A DNA stretch of 64,000 bases from Escherichia coli 042 (GTDB lineage Bacteria > Pseudomonadota > Gammaproteobacteria > Enterobacterales > Enterobacteriaceae). Numbering within the stretch: position 1 is the first letter of the stretch; every line of letters begins with the position of its first letter. Positions 59,754 through 64,000 of the stretch are shown here, in pieces. The position numbers and the translations under genes are program-made. The notes under the pieces are model-generated. The model searched no databases, was not told the origin of the DNA, and was given only the letters and a program-made list of their open reading frames with translations. The stretch lies in NCBI RefSeq assembly GCF_000027125.1, contig NC_017626.1; one strand, 5' to 3'.

Positions 59754-60545
59754 ATGCCCGTTTTTGCTCTGCTCGCGCTTGTCGCCTACTCCGTCAGTCT
59801 TGCGCTGATTGTTCCCGGTCTGCTGCAAAAAAACGGCGGCTGGCGGCGCATGGCTATTATTTCTGCGGTCATCGCGCTGGTCTGCCACGCAATCGCTCTG
59901 GAAGCCCGCATCCTGCCCGACGGTGATAGCGGACAAAACCTCAGCCTGCTGAATGTTGGTTCATTGGTCAGTTTGATGATCTGTACGGTAATGACCATTG
60001 TAGCTTCTCGCAATCGTGGCTGGTTGCTGCTACCCATTGTCTATGCCTTTGCGCTTATCAACCTGGCGCTGGCGACCTTCATGCCCAATGAATACATCAC
60101 CCATCTGGAAGCTACGCCTGGGATGCTGGTGCACATTGGCTTATCGCTCTTTTCCTATGCCACGCTGATTATCGCCGCCCTGTACGCGCTGCAACTGGCG
60201 TGGATTGATTACCAACTGAAGAACAAGAAGCTGGCGTTTAACCAGGAAATGCCGCCATTGATGAGTATCGAGCGTAAAATGTTCCACATCACACAGATTG
60301 GCGTGGTGCTGCTAACGCTCACTCTTTGCACTGGCCTGTTCTACATGCACAACTTATTTAGCATGGAAAATATCGACAAGGCCGTGCTCTCTATCGTGGC
60401 GTGGTTTGTCTATATTGTGCTGCTGTGGGGACATTATCATGAAGGATGGCGTGGACGCCGCGTCGTCTGGTTTAACGTTGCGGGTGCAGTCATTCTGACA
60501 CTGGCCTACTTCGGCAGCCGAATTGTCCAGCAGTTAATCAGCTAA
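59754..60545 (+). CDS. ypjD: Inner-membrane protein YpjD (cytochrome c assembly family)
   Basis: ORF 59679..60545; start trimmed to MPVFALLALVAYS (263 aa); multi-pass membrane protein. Confidence 0.8.
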   Translation: MPVFALLALVAYSVSLALIVPGLLQKNGGWRRMAIISAVIALVCHAIALEARILPDGDSGQNLSLLNVGSLVSLMICTVMTIVASRNRGWLLLPIVYAFALINLALATFMPNEYITHLEATPGMLVHIGLSLFSYATLIIAALYALQLAWIDYQLKNKKLAFNQEMPPLMSIERKMFHITQIGVVLLTLTLCTGLFYMHNLFSMENIDKAVLSIVAWFVYIVLLWGHYHEGWRGRRVVWFNVAGAVILTLAYFGSRIVQQLIS

Positions 60546-60589
60546 ACCCAGAAAAGGAGTTTCCCCTGGAACACATTTCTACTACTACG

Positions 60590-61852
60590 TTGATCATTAT
60601 TCTGATCATCATGGTGGTCATTTCAGCCTATTTTTCCGGGTCCGAAACCGGAATGATGACTCTCAACCGCTATCGTCTGCGACATATGGCGAAACAGGGT
60701 AATCGCTCGGCCAAACGCGTCGAAAAATTGCTGCGTAAGCCAGACCGCCTGATTAGCCTGGTGTTAATCGGCAATAACCTGGTCAATATTCTTGCCTCCG
60801 CGCTCGGCACTATTGTTGGGATGCGTTTGTACGGCGATGCGGGCGTGGCAATTGCGACTGGTGTGCTGACTTTTGTCGTACTGGTTTTTGCTGAGGTATT
60901 GCCGAAAACCATTGCCGCGCTGTACCCGGAAAAAGTCGCTTATCCGAGTAGTTTTCTGCTGGCTCCGCTGCAAATTTTGATGATGCCGCTGGTCTGGTTG
61001 CTGAACGCTATTACCCGCATGTTAATGCGCATGATGGGCATCAAAACCGATATCGTGGTCAGCGGCTCTTTGAGCAAAGAAGAGTTGCGCACTATCGTGC
61101 ATGAATCGCGCTCACAAATTTCCCGTCGCAATCAGGATATGCTGCTGTCGGTGCTCGATCTGGAAAAAATGACCGTTGATGACATCATGGTGCCGCGCAG
61201 TGAAATTATCGGTATTGATATCAACGATGACTGGAAATCGATTCTGCGCCAACTCTCCCACTCACCTCACGGGCGCATCGTGCTCTACCGTGATTCGCTG
61301 GACGACGCCATCAGTATGCTGCGAGTACGTGAAGCCTGGCGGTTGATGTCGGAGAAAAAAGAGTTCACCAAAGAAACCATGCTGCGCGCCGCGGACGAGA
61401 TCTATTTTGTGCCTGAAGGTACGCCGCTCAGCACGCAGTTGGTAAAGTTTCAGCGCAACAAAAAGAAAGTCGGCCTGGTCGTCAACGAATACGGAGACAT
61501 TCAGGGGCTGGTGACGGTTGAAGATATTCTGGAAGAGATTGTCGGCGATTTCACTACCTCGATGTCGCCAACACTTGCCGAAGAGGTCACGCCGCAAAAC
61601 GACGGTTCAGTGATTATTGATGGCACCGCCAACGTGCGGGAAATCAACAAAGCCTTTAACTGGCATCTACCGGAAGATGATGCCCGCACTGTTAATGGCG
61701 TCATTCTTGAGGCACTGGAAGAGATCCCGGTCGCGGGCACCCGTGTACGTATTGGCGAGTACGACATCGACATTCTCGACGTACAGGACAATATGATTAA
61801 GCAGGTAAAAGTTTTTCCTGTGAAACCGCTGCGCGAGAGTGTGGCGGAGTAA
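60590..61852 (+). CDS. yfjD: CNNM/CorC-family membrane protein YfjD (DUF21-CBS-CorC_HlyC)
   Basis: 420-aa ORF as in the track (TTG start); an upstream in-frame CTG at 60566 with an AAGGAG RBS would add 8 aa. Confidence 0.82.
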   Translation: MIIILIIMVVISAYFSGSETGMMTLNRYRLRHMAKQGNRSAKRVEKLLRKPDRLISLVLIGNNLVNILASALGTIVGMRLYGDAGVAIATGVLTFVVLVFAEVLPKTIAALYPEKVAYPSSFLLAPLQILMMPLVWLLNAITRMLMRMMGIKTDIVVSGSLSKEELRTIVHESRSQISRRNQDMLLSVLDLEKMTVDDIMVPRSEIIGIDINDDWKSILRQLSHSPHGRIVLYRDSLDDAISMLRVREAWRLMSEKKEFTKETMLRAADEIYFVPEGTPLSTQLVKFQRNKKKVGLVVNEYGDIQGLVTVEDILEEIVGDFTTSMSPTLAEEVTPQNDGSVIIDGTANVREINKAFNWHLPEDDARTVNGVILEALEEIPVAGTRVRIGEYDIDILDVQDNMIKQVKVFPVKPLRESVAE

Positions 61853-61859
61853 CGAAAAC

Positions 61860-61883
61860 GGCCCTGCATTCGCATGCAGGGCC
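61860..61883. terminator. Bidirectional terminator between convergent yfjD and grpE
   Basis: Perfect cggccctgcat-tcg-catgcagggccg hairpin. Confidence 0.75.
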
Positions 61884-61906
61884 GTGAATTATTACGAAAA
61901 CAGAAA

Positions 61907-62524
<618 letters not shown>

Positions 62525-62544
62525 TCATCTCGCTAACTTCGCTT

Positions 62545-62573
62545 ATTATGGGGATCAGTTTCAGGGTTTCAAG
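62545..62573 (-). promoter_or_regulatory. Sigma-32 heat-shock promoter of grpE
   Basis: Minus strand CTTGAAA, 13-nt spacer, CCCCATAAT. Confidence 0.8.
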
Positions 62574-62621
62574 GGAAGCACTCACATTGTCATCAATCTT
62601 CGCAACAAGGACCTCGGAAAA

Positions 62622-63500
62622 ATGAATAATCATTTCAAGTGTATTGGCATTGTGGGACACCCACGTCACCCCACTGCACTGACAACACATGAAATGCTCT
62701 ACCGCTGGCTGTGCACAAAAGGTTACGAGGTCATCGTTGAGCAACAAATCGCTCACGAACTGCAACTGAAGAATGTGAAAACCGGCACACTCGCGGAGAT
62801 TGGGCAACTGGCTGATCTCGCAGTAGTCGTTGGTGGCGACGGTAATATGTTGGGCGCGGCGCGCACGCTCGCGCGCTACGATATTAAAGTCATCGGCATC
62901 AACCGTGGCAACCTGGGTTTCCTGACTGACCTTGACCCCGATAACGCCCAGCAACAATTAGCCGATGTGCTGGAAGGTCACTACATCAGCGAGAAACGTT
63001 TTTTGCTGGAAGCGCAAGTCTGTCAGCAAGATTGCCAGAAACGCATCAGCACGGCGATTAACGAAGTGGTACTTCATCCTGGCAAAGTGGCGCATATGAT
63101 TGAGTTCGAAGTGTATATCGACGAGATCTTTGCGTTTTCTCAGCGTTCCGATGGACTGATTATTTCGACGCCAACTGGCTCCACCGCTTATTCCCTCTCT
63201 GCGGGCGGTCCTATTCTGACACCCTCTCTGGATGCGATTACCCTGGTGCCCATGTTCCCGCATACGTTGTCAGCACGACCACTGGTCATAAACAGCAGCA
63301 GCACGATCCGTCTGCGTTTTTCGCATCGCCGTAACGACCTGGAAATCAGTTGCGACAGCCAGATAGCACTGCCGATTCAGGAAGGTGAAGATGTCCTGAT
63401 TCGTCGCTGTGATTACCATCTGAATCTGATTCATCCGAAAGATTACAGTTATTTCAATACATTAAGCACCAAGCTCGGCTGGTCAAAAAAATTATTCTAA
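62622..63500 (+). CDS. nadK: NAD kinase
   Basis: ORF 62445..63500; start trimmed to [14 protein letters not shown] (292 aa); GGDGN motif. Confidence 0.95.
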
Positions 63501-63517
63501 TTTTACGCCAGCCTCTT

Positions 63518-63559
63518 TACTGTATATAAAACCAGTTTATACTGTACACAATAACAGTA
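63518..63559. promoter_or_regulatory. Tandem LexA (SOS) boxes upstream of recN
   Basis: TACTGTATATAAAACCAGTT (63518-63537) and TACTGTACACAATAACAGTA (63540-63559), both CTG-N10-CAG. Confidence 0.8.
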
Positions 63560-63585
63560 TTGGTTTTTCATACAGGAAAACAACT

Positions 63586-64000
63586 ATGTTGGCACAACTG
63601 ACCATCAGCAACTTTGCTATCGTTCGTGAGCTTGAGATTGATTTTCATAGCGGCATGACCGTAATAACTGGCGAGACCGGCGCGGGTAAATCTATTGCAA
63701 TAGATGCCCTCGGCCTTTGTCTCGGTGGTCGCGCTGAAGCCGACATGGTGCGTAATGGCGCTACTCGCGCTGACCTGTGCGCCCGTTTTTCACTGAAAGA
63801 TACGCCAGCGGCTCTGCGCTGGCTGGAAGAAAACCAGCTTGAAGACGGTCATGAATGTTTGCTTCGTCGCGTAATCAGTAGCGATGGTCGCTCACGAGGT
63901 TTTATCAACGGTACAGCGGTTCCTCTGTCACAACTGCGCGAACTGGGTCAGTTGCTGATTCAGATCCATGGTCAGCACGCTCATCAGTTACTCACCAAAC
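63586..64000 (+). CDS. recN: DNA repair protein RecN (5' portion; continues beyond the window)
   Basis: Hand translation from ATG 63586: [37 protein letters not shown].. (Walker A). Not in ORF track because no stop falls in the window. Confidence 0.9.
   Translation, partial: MLAQLTISNFAIVRELEIDFHSGMTVITGETGAGKSIAIDALGLCLGGRAEADMVRNGATRADLCARFSLKDTPAALRWLEENQLEDGHECLLRRVISSDGRSRGFINGTAVPLSQLRELGQLLIQIHGQHAHQLLTK

Overview
This window reads as a conserved Escherichia coli / Shigella-type chromosomal core segment, collinear from memory with K-12 from glrK-purL to recN: glrK, purL, mltF, tadA, pgpC, yfhH, yfhL, the shoB/ohsC type I toxin-antitoxin, acpS-pdxJ-recO-era-rnc, lepB-lepA, rseC-rseB-rseA-rpoE, nadB, trmN6, srmB, yfiE, eamB, grcA, ung, yfiF, trxC, yfiP, patZ, pssA, yfiM, kgtP, a complete minus-strand rRNA operon (16S, tRNA-Glu, 23S, 5S; rrnG-like), clpB, pgeF, rluD, bamD, raiA, pheL-pheA, tyrA-aroF, yfiL, yfiR-dgcN-yfiB, rplS-trmD-rimM-rpsP, ffh, ypjD, yfjD, grpE, nadK and the 5' part of recN. 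Gene calls rest on the supplied ORF translations, which I recognise as these well-known proteins; start codons were refined by reading the sequence and most long extended ORFs were trimmed. The one clearly accessory feature is a 1442-bp IS3-family insertion sequence (IS1397-like) with imperfect terminal inverted repeats, a 4-bp GTTC target duplication and an A_AAA_AAG -1 frameshift site, sitting in the centre of a REP/palindromic unit between srmB and yfiE. I found no CRISPR array, prophage, integron or defence island, and no convincing evidence of a previously undescribed system; the findings are mainly the IS insertion, regulatory motifs read directly from the sequence, and a few ambiguous spots (window-start reading frame, the glrK-purL spacer, non-ATG starts). 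Nothing could be checked against a database, so all family and gene names are from memory.
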